This document shows positions 49,900-59,312 of a DNA stretch of 64,000 bases, piece by piece. Under the pieces are notes generated by a model. It did not search any database, was not told where the DNA came from, and was given only the letters and a program-made list of their open reading frames with translations. The DNA comes from a virus: the IMG/VR virus record IMGVR_UViG_3300042691_039251, positions 25,679 to 89,678 of that record; one strand, 5' to 3'. The position numbers were made by a program, and so were the translations under genes. Within the stretch, counting starts at the first letter, position 1. Every line of letters begins with the position of its first letter.

Positions 49900-51228
49900 A
49901 TGAAAAGCAAAGACTTCAAAGAGCTCGAAAAAATAGTTCTCAAGCATTTCCCAAACGCAAGATGGGACGAAAAAACTCTTAAGTGGAGCGCAGAGACGAA
50001 ACCTAATCCAAAAGATTCTTGGGACGAACCTGAGGCTCTACGGAAATTTGACGCAGAAGCATCGAAGAAATTTTATTCTAAGATGTCAGGAAGCTCATGG
50101 GACAACGAGGGTAACATCACCATCGGCGTCAGATCTCTCTTTGAGGATCACGTCCTCACCTTTGCTGGCTTCTTGAACGAGAAGAAACCGGCCGGAGCTC
50201 CCGATTGGCACGATTCAGACGCCCCTGACGCAGAAGGTCGTTTCAGAGATCTAGGCATCAAGGACCTAGCAGCTTGGTTGATCAAGACTCGAAAGAAAGA
50301 CGTGAAGAAGATCAGCGGCAGCATCACTCAACAGATAGTCTTCAACCGCAAGAGAGATCCTGAATATGCAGATAAGATGGAGAAGGTGAGAAAAGAAGTC
50401 TATAAACAATTGGGAAGAGAAGATCTTCTCGACGAGGAATTCATAACGGAGGCTGCTTCTAACCCTCTCGTTGACAAAGTTTTGGAAGCTCTAGAGTCTA
50501 CCATCGTTGACATGGTTAACAAGACTGAAAAGTTCTACACTGAGAAAGGTTTGAATTTTACAGCTTTTGATAGAGAGCTCACAAGGCTCACCGTCATCTA
50601 CGATCTGCTTAGATCAATCGAGGCTTACACCCTGCCTACTGACACTCTCATCTCAATCAACCCTAGAACCTCTGGTAAAGGTAACATCGAGATCTATGGA
50701 AAGTTGCAGAGGGGAGAAGACACCTACACATTTGAGACTGAGGCGATCATCGCAGGAGGCTACAACATTCAAAGAGCACACTACAGATACATTACTAAGA
50801 CGAACTTACCGAAGACCGGTAGAAGCGAAAAAGCCACTGAATACTCTGACAGGATCAAGAAGATGAGCAAGCTCGAAAAGCTGAACCAAGAGATCAGAAC
50901 CTGGGAAGAGCGGATGAAGAAGAACGAAGAACACATCGCTTGGGCACAGTCTCTTACTTACGATGAGGTCCTCAAGAGATACCGAGACGGAGAAAACTCG
51001 AGTCGGACAAAGATAAAAGACGATCCAACTTGGGAAGAGATCGTAAAAAACGGAGCTGACAAGAACTACGATTACGACAGGAACAAGTACGAACAATCAA
51101 AGGCAGAATTCCGCCAGAGCAACATAGACTTTTGGAAGTTGCAAAACATCAAATGGAAGCAGCAGGACAACGTCACCGGAGCAAAGAGAATTGCAGACCT
51201 TAACAAGAAAATCGAAGCCGCAATCTGA
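49900..51228 (+). CDS. hypothetical multi-module protein, putative internal head protein
   Basis: Internal LTFAGFLNE and EFITEA motifs; IAGGYNIQRAHYRY module. Confidence 0.75.
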   Translation: MKSKDFKELEKIVLKHFPNARWDEKTLKWSAETKPNPKDSWDEPEALRKFDAEASKKFYSKMSGSSWDNEGNITIGVRSLFEDHVLTFAGFLNEKKPAGAPDWHDSDAPDAEGRFRDLGIKDLAAWLIKTRKKDVKKISGSITQQIVFNRKRDPEYADKMEKVRKEVYKQLGREDLLDEEFITEAASNPLVDKVLEALESTIVDMVNKTEKFYTEKGLNFTAFDRELTRLTVIYDLLRSIEAYTLPTDTLISINPRTSGKGNIEIYGKLQRGEDTYTFETEAIIAGGYNIQRAHYRYITKTNLPKTGRSEKATEYSDRIKKMSKLEKLNQEIRTWEERMKKNEEHIAWAQSLTYDEVLKRYRDGENSSRTKIKDDPTWEEIVKNGADKNYDYDRNKYEQSKAEFRQSNIDFWKLQNIKWKQQDNVTGAKRIADLNKKIEAAI

Positions 51229-51728
51229 TGTTAGAAGATTTAGAAGAGACCGACTGGGACGAGGCGAGAAAGTATTTCAATTTGGCAATAGAGGCTCTAA
51301 ACTGGAGCCTCGTATTGCAATGCTTCCAACAGACAAGCATGGTCTGGAGAGATCCGGACAGCGAGACCATTAGAATACCTAACCGAGAAGACCTTGAGAA
51401 GGAACTCGAAGACGTCTTCGCAGAGATGATGGAGGACGAGCTCACAGAATGCCAGATCGGTCCCTGGATAGTCAGGATCGAAAACGTGTTAGATCTCGGA
51501 ACAGAAGTCGAGATCATTTTTACTCCGACTTCTTCTTACGTGATGGACTACGAAGGTTCTGAGAAGGAGATGAGAAAGTGGATCAACAACCACGCAATCA
51601 AGGACGTGCTCGCTGAAGACCTCAAAGTTGCACTAAGACACTGTGAAGAGTCTGAAAATTACGAGTGGGCTCGTAAGATACAGAAAGAGATCAAAAGAAG
51701 AGAGAAGATCGATTCTAAGAAGAGTTAG
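51228..51728 (+). CDS. hypothetical protein with C-terminal UVR-like motif
   Basis: EESENYEWARKIQKEIK. Confidence 0.7.
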   Translation: MLEDLEETDWDEARKYFNLAIEALNWSLVLQCFQQTSMVWRDPDSETIRIPNREDLEKELEDVFAEMMEDELTECQIGPWIVRIENVLDLGTEVEIIFTPTSSYVMDYEGSEKEMRKWINNHAIKDVLAEDLKVALRHCEESENYEWARKIQKEIKRREKIDSKKS

Positions 51729-51759
51729 AAACTTTACCCACAGACAGAATATAAGAACA

Positions 51760-52404
51760 ATGATATACTACAAAATCCCTGGATGGTTCGACTTTCAAGA
51801 TATTTACGATTTTGCAATCGATAGATCTTCTGACGGAGCAAAATTCTTAGAAATCGGAAGTTGGTTTGGAAGAAGCTCATGTTACATGGGTGAGAGAATC
51901 CTCCAATCTGGCAAAAAGATCACTCACTATTCTGTAGATCTCTGGAACCACCCAGGCCACGAAGCCATGGGGCACCACGAGACGATCCAAAAAAGAGGCG
52001 GGACAATGCTCTCTGCTTTTAGGTCTTACATGGAAGAAGCAGGCGTCTCACACATCGTCAATCCTATTCAAGGAAACTCACACCAAGTCCACGAGAACTT
52101 TGAGAATGAGAGCCTAGACTTCATTTACGTCGACGGCGACCACAGCTGGGACGGTGTAAAGAATGATATTGTTTTTTGGTGGCCAAAGTTGAAACCGGGA
52201 GGTGTCATGGCAGGCCATGATTATTTTGAGTACGGATCTTACACAGATGCCGGCAGAGCAGTCGATTTCTGCTTCAACCTGGATAACCGCGGTTTCTCTC
52301 AGAAAGCCCACATCAGGAACGGATCGTGGATGATGGAAAAGACTCTGACCGGTGACTTCGGCAGATTTGGACCAGCCGCGATGGACCGCGAGGAAAAAAT
52401 CTAA
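51760..52404 (+). CDS. class I SAM-dependent methyltransferase (Methyltransf_24)
   Basis: LEIGSWFGRSS, DFIYVDGDHS, LKPGGVMAGHDY. Confidence 0.88.
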   Translation: MIYYKIPGWFDFQDIYDFAIDRSSDGAKFLEIGSWFGRSSCYMGERILQSGKKITHYSVDLWNHPGHEAMGHHETIQKRGGTMLSAFRSYMEEAGVSHIVNPIQGNSHQVHENFENESLDFIYVDGDHSWDGVKNDIVFWWPKLKPGGVMAGHDYFEYGSYTDAGRAVDFCFNLDNRGFSQKAHIRNGSWMMEKTLTGDFGRFGPAAMDREEKI

Positions 52405-52498
52405 AAATAGTTCTCACTTTATTTTCTCTTTTCGTCTTTTTTGATTAGATTAGTAATGGGTCGGTACAGACTAACCCATAAAATAATCATACCCAGCA

Positions 52499-52897
52499 TT
52501 GATGAAATTGAACACCACCGAGACTTGTCTTCCCAAAAATGTGCGGAAGACAATAGAAGAGATGTACGATTTTTTGGACAGAAGGGACGAGGAAGGATTG
52601 AGCTTTTTCGATGAAGCCGAGATGCACGACAGAAAAGTCTGCTCTTGGGTCCTCGAAGATTTAATGGCTCCAATGTGCATTAAGAATTGGATTCAGCACG
52701 GAGATCCCAGCCTCACTAGATCACAGGCCGGAAAATTGTTAGAGAGAATTCCTCTCCTCTACACATTTCACACACTAAAAATGAAAGGGCTGATGGACAG
52801 CATGGAGAACGAGAAGGGAGAAGAGATCTACTTCCTCTCAGAAAAAGGCAAAGAGTTCGGACGCCTCATGGAATGGAACAAAAAAACAAAGACATGA
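52499..52897 (+). CDS. hypothetical protein (start uncertain, possible frameshift from ATG 52456)
   Basis: C-terminal wHTH-like LKMKGLM...YFLSEKGK. Confidence 0.6.
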   Translation: MMKLNTTETCLPKNVRKTIEEMYDFLDRRDEEGLSFFDEAEMHDRKVCSWVLEDLMAPMCIKNWIQHGDPSLTRSQAGKLLERIPLLYTFHTLKMKGLMDSMENEKGEEIYFLSEKGKEFGRLMEWNKKTKT

Positions 52898-53046
52898 TAA
52901 AGAACCTAGCCATTTTCTTAGCGACCGGCACCCTGGCACTGGCAGCATTCATCCTCCTCGAGAGAAAAGCCGAAAAGAAACCCGGCACCAAGTTCTCGAG
53001 GTGGTGGAGAAAGCACATTGTTTCAGACACACACAAAGAAGAATGA
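52894..53046 (+). CDS. small membrane protein (50 aa)
   Basis: Manual ORF MIKNLAIFLATGTLALAAFILL...FSRWWRKHIV; ATGA overlaps at both ends. Confidence 0.65.
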   Translation: MIKNLAIFLATGTLALAAFILLERKAEKKPGTKFSRWWRKHIVSDTHKEE

Positions 53047-53711
53047 AATACCTTAGCATAGACATCGAGACTTCTGGATTAGATCCAGCTCTCAATCAAA
53101 TCCTCTCAATCGCAGCGATCTTCGAAGACACCGAGAAGAAGCTCCCATGGGACGAAGTACCTAAATTTCACGTAGGCATTGTTCGACACCAGATCACCGG
53201 ATCTCCCAGAGCAATCAACATGAACTCAAAACTCATCGATTGGATGGGGAGGTGGTTAGAACCGAAAGATGCCACTGAGAGAGCTTTTGTCTCTCTCGAA
53301 TCCGGAATGGAATGGGTACAAGAAGAAGAGGCTGCAAAAAAGTTCTATCGTTTTTTATGCGATTGCGGTCTAGGTGAATCTGTACAGCTCAAACCTGAAG
53401 GATCGGAAAATTGGGAAGCAAAAGAGATTGTTTTCAACGGAGCCACTAAACCGATCACGATCAACGTCGCTGGAAAGAACTTTGGCACCTTCGATAAGAA
53501 ATTTTTAGAGCTCCTCCCTTGGTGGCAGAAACTGATCAGAGTCCGCCAAAGAATCATTGATCCAGCAGTGCTCTTCGTCGACTGGAAAGAAGATGAGTCT
53601 CTTCCTGGATTAGACAAATGTAAAAACCGAGCAGGCATCCACGGCCTGGTGACACACAACGCCCTCGAGGATTCTTGGGATGTAATTGAACTTTTGAGAA
53701 AACACTATTGA
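53043..53711 (+). CDS. DEDDh 3'-5' exonuclease (DnaQ-like)
   Basis: YLSIDIETSGLD, GKNFGTFD, IID, HNALED. Confidence 0.85.
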   Translation: MKYLSIDIETSGLDPALNQILSIAAIFEDTEKKLPWDEVPKFHVGIVRHQITGSPRAINMNSKLIDWMGRWLEPKDATERAFVSLESGMEWVQEEEAAKKFYRFLCDCGLGESVQLKPEGSENWEAKEIVFNGATKPITINVAGKNFGTFDKKFLELLPWWQKLIRVRQRIIDPAVLFVDWKEDESLPGLDKCKNRAGIHGLVTHNALEDSWDVIELLRKHY

Positions 53712-53712
53712 G

Positions 53713-53859
53713 ATGAAAGAACTGACTTTTAACGAATGGCAAAAACACATTGCTAAAGAACTAGAAAAGAACTACAGAAAGTTGAAACTCGTGAGAGTCC
53801 ACCCTTCAAAATCGATACATTCTATCGATCGAAAGCAGGGATCCTCTTTATGTAAATAG
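53713..53859 (+). CDS. small hypothetical protein (48 aa)
   Basis: Manual ORF MKELTFNEWQKHIAKEL... Confidence 0.55.
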   Translation: MKELTFNEWQKHIAKELEKNYRKLKLVRVHPSKSIHSIDRKQGSSLCK

Positions 53860-53912
53860 TTTCTGCTTTCGTCCATTTTTTCTATCTTTTATTCATTCTT
53901 AACTAAAGAAAT

Positions 53913-54170
53913 ATGGAGAAGACAAAGATATTTGAGAACAACAAATTCTCTTGGTACGTGACTGAAGAGACCAAGTTGGCCGGAGCTTACGCTAAGTCAA
54001 AGGGCATGTTTCAACTCCTGGTGGCGCAAGTAGAAGACAGAGCTGATGGGAGATTGGAATACGTGATACTCAAAGCAGATGAGGAGGGTAAGACAGAACC
54101 CGTTTTTGCATCCACAGCAATAAATGAAGTACTGTCACATTTAGAAGCATTAACTGAAACGAAAGAATGA
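53913..54170 (+). CDS. hypothetical protein
   Basis: 85-aa ORF after early promoter box at 53883. Confidence 0.7.
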   Translation: MEKTKIFENNKFSWYVTEETKLAGAYAKSKGMFQLLVAQVEDRADGRLEYVILKADEEGKTEPVFASTAINEVLSHLEALTETKE

Positions 54171-54898
54171 CGAACACAAAATCTCTCAAATGCCCTTGTT
54201 GCTTCAGCGATTTAGCGGTGACGCACCAAGGCAAATACGAGACTCTGATAGAACACGTAGAATGTAGAGAGCCTGATATGAAAGACGGGTACCAGTGTCC
54301 TAACAGCAGATGTGCAGCCTATGAGTTCAACGGAGTATGGATAGAAGACGGAGATTTCTGGATCAAGGAACCACCGGCTGGCATGAACCACGAAGAAGCT
54401 GAACAACAGATAGAGAACCATAGCCTCACCGGAAGAACATACGCAGTAAACAGTTTCTCTGACGGGTACGAAAGATACCGAGATGAACAGGCAAAGAGCA
54501 CAGTGACTTTAAACCTCCACTGGTTCATCCTTGAATTTACTCCTCGATTTGAAAGAATTGAAGGTTCCAACGAATGGGTAAAAACAGGCAAGTGGAAGCG
54601 GACAATAATGAGATCAGTAGGCGATGGACGGTATGTTCATTTCATGACCTTCTGGGACATCTATTACTATGAATTGGATAACTATAAGAGGAACTTCATC
54701 GGCCTTCTGGAAGGTGACGAGGAGGCTACTGCGGACATTCTCAAAATGATAGAGAACGAAGATATGTGGGGAAAGAAAGAAAAGAGGTTCTGGTGGAAGA
54801 TAGCTCGTTACTTCATCTGTTGGGTTTGGAACAGAGGAACGTCCAAAAAGATAAAACAATACCATGAGAAAAATGATAGAAAATTACGGGTACTTTGA
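54167..54898 (+). CDS. hypothetical protein with Cys motifs
   Basis: CPCC and CPNSRC. Confidence 0.75.
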   Translation: MTNTKSLKCPCCFSDLAVTHQGKYETLIEHVECREPDMKDGYQCPNSRCAAYEFNGVWIEDGDFWIKEPPAGMNHEEAEQQIENHSLTGRTYAVNSFSDGYERYRDEQAKSTVTLNLHWFILEFTPRFERIEGSNEWVKTGKWKRTIMRSVGDGRYVHFMTFWDIYYYELDNYKRNFIGLLEGDEEATADILKMIENEDMWGKKEKRFWWKIARYFICWVWNRGTSKKIKQYHEKNDRKLRVL

Positions 54899-55184
54899 TG
54901 CCGAGGGTCTCAGAGTCGGTAGAATGATCTCAGGATCTAAATCTTCCTACAGAGAAAGATATCCAGATCACGAAATCTGCTTCAACGCCAACATCTTCTC
55001 TTTACAACAGGGAAAGATCTGGTACGGAGATTTAGATCTCACTTTAGATAGCGAAAAGCTAGACAGAATCGCAGAGAGCCTCGGAGAGAAACTCTATGTG
55101 GTGAGAGAAATGGACGGAAGATTCGAGAACGAGAGCCTTACAGAGATCAAAGTAATGCAAAAAGCAATTTATACTACGAAGTAA
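54864..55184 (+). CDS. conserved phage hypothetical protein
   Basis: GRMISGSKS, FNANIF, KIWYGDLDLT. Confidence 0.75.
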   Translation: MRKMIENYGYFDAEGLRVGRMISGSKSSYRERYPDHEICFNANIFSLQQGKIWYGDLDLTLDSEKLDRIAESLGEKLYVVREMDGRFENESLTEIKVMQKAIYTTK

Positions 55185-55384
55185 TGTTAGAAAGAACGAA
55201 AGGTACTATTTTCATCGGAGAGAGCTACGGAGTTCGAGTTACTGTTGAGTTAGACAGAGCTGATATTGAGCTTGAAGATGCTTTCAACGCGTTCAGAACT
55301 GTCCTCACAGGTCTCAGTTGGAACAACGAGCAGATAGAAAATTGGATAAAAACAAAAGCAGAAGAATTAAAAGAAAATGAATAA
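55184..55384 (+). CDS. hypothetical protein
   Basis: 66-aa ORF. Confidence 0.65.
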   Translation: MLERTKGTIFIGESYGVRVTVELDRADIELEDAFNAFRTVLTGLSWNNEQIENWIKTKAEELKENE

Positions 55385-55793
55385 AAAGCTCTACATAGTA
55401 CGAGGTCTTCCAGGATCTGGAAAATCTACATTTGCTGAAGCCTTAGTCGGTTCAGATTTTTTAGTTTGTGAAGCTGACAAATTCTTTTATGACAGAGAAG
55501 GCAACTACAATTTCGATGGTTCAAAATTAAAAGAGGCTCACGAATCATGTAGAAGCCGAGTAGAGACCTACATGAAAGATTCTCTGGTGAACGACCAGTT
55601 CTATAGAAAGATAGCAGTCTCTAACACTTTTACTCGTGAATGGGAAATGCAGCCTTACGTAGATCTTGCGGAGAAGTACGGTTACCAAGTCTTCTCGGTG
55701 ATAGTTGAAAACAGACACGGCGGAAAAAATGTTCATGGAGTTCCAGACGAAGTGATTGAAAAGATGAAAGAGAGATTTGAAATAAAATTATGA
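55377..55793 (+). CDS. polynucleotide kinase-like P-loop protein (AAA_33)
   Basis: RGLPGSGKST, EAD, VSNTFT, NVHGVP. Confidence 0.85.
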   Translation: MNKKLYIVRGLPGSGKSTFAEALVGSDFLVCEADKFFYDREGNYNFDGSKLKEAHESCRSRVETYMKDSLVNDQFYRKIAVSNTFTREWEMQPYVDLAEKYGYQVFSVIVENRHGGKNVHGVPDEVIEKMKERFEIKL

Positions 55794-56860
55794 AGTTTGA
55801 TCTAGATATCCTGAACTCTTACTTAGAAAAAGGTCTCTTGGAAAAGAACGATCATCCGAACCTCCCTCTTTCTATTTGGAACTATTCTCGGACTTGTCAG
55901 TACTCTGGATCTTGGGATGAGATCACTCTCAAGTGTCGAGGACTGATCTTGGACAATGAGGGGAATGTCGTTGCTCGAGCATTCGACAAGTTCTTCAACT
56001 ACGAGGAGGTCGTCGATCAGGTTCCTGTCAGAGGAGACTACGTTTATGTCCAAGAAAAACTGGACGGTTCTCTAGGAATCTTGTTCCACTATGCAGACGA
56101 TTGGCACATGGCCACGAAGGGATCATTCACATCAGACCAAGCGAAAAGGGGAATGGAGATCATCAAGTCAAAATATCAGATGAGAACTTTTCTTCCTCAG
56201 ATGACTTATCTCTGTGAGATCATCTACCCTGAGAACAGGATCGTGGTCGATTACAGAGGAAAGGAAAAAGTAGTTTTCATCGGAGTGACCTCAGAAGGAG
56301 AAGAGCTCCACTGGACCATGGCTCAATCGATCTTCATCGCAACAGGGATTGAGAAAAAAGACAGAGTAGAGACTGAACAGCATTTCTCTTTCGGTCCTGA
56401 ACTCTATCGTTCTCTAAAGGAAAAACAAGAGGGTAACCGAGAAGGCTACGTCCTCAGGTTCCAGCCGGGTAATTTTAGAATGAAGATCAAGTTCGAAGAG
56501 TACGTAAGGCTTCACAGAATTTTGACAGGCTTTTCTAACAAAGACATCTGGGAGTACCTCAAAGACAAGAGAGACTTTAATAAGTTGTTGGACAGAGTTC
56601 CTGACGAATTTGACTCTTGGGTGAGAGAGACAGCTGAAGACTTGAATACGAAATATGAAAGCATCCAACGAGATTATGTTTCGCACTTCTTAAAAATTAG
56701 AGAAAAGACTCCTGACAGAAAATCTTTCGCTGAAGAGGCAAAGAAGTTCCCGCATTCTGGCATACTTTTCGCGATGTTAGATGGGAGAGAATATGACGAG
56801 CACATTTGGAAAATCATCAAACCTGATTATCAGAAACCCTTTTGGAAGAGAGAAGATTAG
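55790..56860 (+). CDS. T4 Rnl1-like RNA ligase
   Basis: CRGLIL, AFDKFFNY, QEKLDGSLGI, ATKGSF, EIIYPENRIVVDY, EGYV, KIKFEEY. Confidence 0.9.
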   Translation: MKFDLDILNSYLEKGLLEKNDHPNLPLSIWNYSRTCQYSGSWDEITLKCRGLILDNEGNVVARAFDKFFNYEEVVDQVPVRGDYVYVQEKLDGSLGILFHYADDWHMATKGSFTSDQAKRGMEIIKSKYQMRTFLPQMTYLCEIIYPENRIVVDYRGKEKVVFIGVTSEGEELHWTMAQSIFIATGIEKKDRVETEQHFSFGPELYRSLKEKQEGNREGYVLRFQPGNFRMKIKFEEYVRLHRILTGFSNKDIWEYLKDKRDFNKLLDRVPDEFDSWVRETAEDLNTKYESIQRDYVSHFLKIREKTPDRKSFAEEAKKFPHSGILFAMLDGREYDEHIWKIIKPDYQKPFWKRED

Positions 56861-56889
56861 AAACATTTCTTCCTCGAAATCTATAAAAC

Positions 56890-58029
56890 ATGATGAACAT
56901 TGACGAACAATATAAGAATCTCCTCAGAGACATTCTAGAAAACGGAAGGGCCAAAGAAGACCGAACTGGAACTGGAACACTAAGCGTTTTCGGAAGACAG
57001 ATCAGGCATCGAATGAGAGACGGCTTTCCTCTTCTCACCACGAAGAAGATGGCCTGGAAGTCAATAGTAATAGAGCTCCTCTGGTTCTTGCAAGGCAGAA
57101 CCGATCTCAGATATCTCCTCGCAAATGGTTGCCACATTTGGACCGGCGACGCTTACAAAAAATGGGACAAGAACTACGATTACGAACATCCACCCTTCAG
57201 CGGCCCCTATCCACCGAGGCTGACGCACAAAGAATTTGAGGAAAAGATCCTCACCGATCCCGACTTCGAGAAGATGTACGGAGAACTCGGACCGATCTAC
57301 GGTAAGCAATGGAGAAAATGGGAAAGAAAAGCAACAAGAGAAGAAAAGATCGTTGATCCTGGAGTCTATAGCGTTTTCATTGACCAGGTTCAAATCCTGC
57401 TCGATGAACTCGTATCTAACCCTGATAGCAGACGTTTGATGGTCAACGCTTGGAATGTTGGAGAACTGGATCAGATGACTCTACCGCCTTGCCACTACGG
57501 TTTCCAAGTCTACACTCGAGAGCTCACGCCTCAGGAAAGATACAGATACTGGTTCGATCACAATTACGAGACAGGAATGGAATACAATGATGAACAGGTA
57601 CCAGACTATGAAGACTCTTACTACTCACCTACTCCGAAGAGAGCAATCTCTCTCATGTGGAACCAGAGATCGGTGGATACTTTTCTAGGACTGCCTTTCA
57701 ACATTGCTTCTTACGCTCTTCTCTTGAAAATCATCGCTGAGATCACCGGTTACATGGCTGACGAGCTCATCGGAAACTTGGGAGACACTCACCTCTACAT
57801 GGATCACATAGATCAGGCAAAAGAACAGCTCGCTCGAGAGCCTTTTGGATCTCCTAGGTTGGAACTGAACACTGAGTTCTGGTGCCCAGGCACTGAGGAA
57901 GGCTGTATCGGAACACCGGGAAGCTACACCAAAAACTTCGATGCTCTGGTCAAAAGCTTCGACGTAGAAGACTTTCAGATATTTCATTACCGATACCATC
58001 CGGCGATCAAGGCGCCACTTTCAAATTGA
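56890..58029 (+). CDS. thyA: thymidylate synthase
   Basis: DRTGTGT, FPLLTTKK, ELLWF, LGPIYGKQWR, SRR, LPPCH, QRSVD.FLGLPFNIASY, GDTHLY. Confidence 0.96.
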   Translation: MMNIDEQYKNLLRDILENGRAKEDRTGTGTLSVFGRQIRHRMRDGFPLLTTKKMAWKSIVIELLWFLQGRTDLRYLLANGCHIWTGDAYKKWDKNYDYEHPPFSGPYPPRLTHKEFEEKILTDPDFEKMYGELGPIYGKQWRKWERKATREEKIVDPGVYSVFIDQVQILLDELVSNPDSRRLMVNAWNVGELDQMTLPPCHYGFQVYTRELTPQERYRYWFDHNYETGMEYNDEQVPDYEDSYYSPTPKRAISLMWNQRSVDTFLGLPFNIASYALLLKIIAEITGYMADELIGNLGDTHLYMDHIDQAKEQLAREPFGSPRLELNTEFWCPGTEEGCIGTPGSYTKNFDALVKSFDVEDFQIFHYRYHPAIKAPLSN

Positions 58030-58030
58030 T

Positions 58031-58540
58031 ATGAAGAAATGGATATACTTAGACGATGTTAGAACTCCGGCACAGGACATCCAGGTGTCCTGGGGAGGCT
58101 CTAGTCCCGTCAAAATAGAATGGATCGTGGTCAGAAGCTATCACGAGTTCGTGGATAAGATACTAGAGATCGGATTAGACTCAATCGACGGAATCTCATT
58201 CGATCACGATCTAGGACCCCAAGCGATGGCTGAGTACTACAGAAACGTGATGCCTAACTATACACTAGACTACAGTAACATTGACGAGCTCACAGGCTAT
58301 CATGCATGCAGATGGTTAGTCGATCACTACTACGAGAAGAATCCTCAGAGGTTAGAGATGGAGAGGAAAGAAAAGAAGGAAACCTCATTCAGTTTTCCAG
58401 TTCTCACCGTACACTCAGCGAACCCAGTCGGATCAGCCAACATCATGGGATATCTGAACAACTTTCTCAAAAATGAGGCTCAACCTCAATCTTGCATCCG
58501 TCACTTTTGGGAGCTCAGTCCCACATCAGAAACAATTTAA
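58031..58540 (+). CDS. cyclic-phosphate-processing receiver-domain protein
   Basis: IYLDDVR, VRSY.EF, ISFDHDLG, TGY, VHSANPVG. Confidence 0.8.
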   Translation: MKKWIYLDDVRTPAQDIQVSWGGSSPVKIEWIVVRSYHEFVDKILEIGLDSIDGISFDHDLGPQAMAEYYRNVMPNYTLDYSNIDELTGYHACRWLVDHYYEKNPQRLEMERKEKKETSFSFPVLTVHSANPVGSANIMGYLNNFLKNEAQPQSCIRHFWELSPTSETI

Positions 58541-58541
58541 C

Positions 58542-58739
58542 ATGGATTTGAAGCCTCAATATGAATGGATCATTAAAGGGTCTCTCGAAGAAATCTTAGC
58601 TTACAAAAAACCTGATGAGGATCCTGTCTTCATCGATTCTGAAAAAGCTGTTCTCCAATGCATCGAAGTGATGAACGCGATGAAGAACTCTCACAAAAAT
58701 ACTCAAAATCTCCTTGCCGACCTTTCACGGCACCTCTAA
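58542..58739 (+). CDS. hypothetical protein
   Basis: Start MDLKPQ. Confidence 0.6.
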   Translation: MDLKPQYEWIIKGSLEEILAYKKPDEDPVFIDSEKAVLQCIEVMNAMKNSHKNTQNLLADLSRHL

Positions 58740-58786
58740 TCTGTTCTGTTTTTTTCTCATCTCTGAATAAATAAACTAGAATTCAG

Positions 58787-58833
58787 AAAAATGAGATGCA
58801 AGAGAACGGAAAGCTCTTCTCATTTCTGGTTAT
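58787..58833 (+). repeat. 47-bp exact direct repeat copy 1 (hairpin-forming)
   Basis: AAAAATGAGATGCAAGAGAACGGAAAGCTCTTCTCATTTCTGGTTAT. Confidence 0.9.
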
Positions 58834-59008
58834 CACTCCTCTTTTAATGGCTTTATCTAAGCCTGAAAGAGCTGCGATATATCGGACCACAGAGAAGTAT
58901 ATCGATACTATTAACACTAGTGTCAAAATTAGAGACAGTGTCCTCGACGCTGATATCTCTCGCCTTTCCCCTTCTATATCATCTTTCACAAGGACAGAAA
59001 TGTTCTGA
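58796..59008 (+). CDS. hypothetical protein sharing its N-terminus with 59322 ORF (possible remnant)
   Basis: MQENGKLFSFLVI. Confidence 0.4.
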   Translation: MQENGKLFSFLVITPLLMALSKPERAAIYRTTEKYIDTINTSVKIRDSVLDADISRLSPSISSFTRTEMF

Positions 59009-59049
59009 AAGAGTGCGTCTTGTTGATCGAAAAAATAAAAAGTAAAACT

Positions 59050-59304
59050 ATGAAATGGTTCAAGTCGCTCTTCGATGACAACAACTCAATCAACGAAAAA
59101 TCTGTAGTGGGATTTTCGGCTTTCGTGATGATGGTGATCACTCTAATTACTGACATCACTACCGGTGTAATGGGTAGAGAAATGCCAATTCACGAATTTG
59201 TGTTCGATGGCTTCATGGTCATCGTCCTCGGATCTTTCGGTATCGCTTCTGTCGATAAGTTCATCAACAAAAGAAAAGGTAAGGACTCAGACACAGAAGA
59301 ATAA
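59050..59304 (+). CDS. small two-helix membrane protein (holin-like)
   Basis: MKWFKSLFDDNNSINEKSVVGF; two hydrophobic segments; charged tail. Confidence 0.7.
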   Translation: MKWFKSLFDDNNSINEKSVVGFSAFVMMVITLITDITTGVMGREMPIHEFVFDGFMVIVLGSFGIASVDKFINKRKGKDSDTEE

Positions 59305-59312
59305 GAAAAAAC

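Noticed and set aside
56890-58029. Intron or intein in the long thyA
   Set aside because: The extra length is short in-frame loops; no splice junction or intein motifs.
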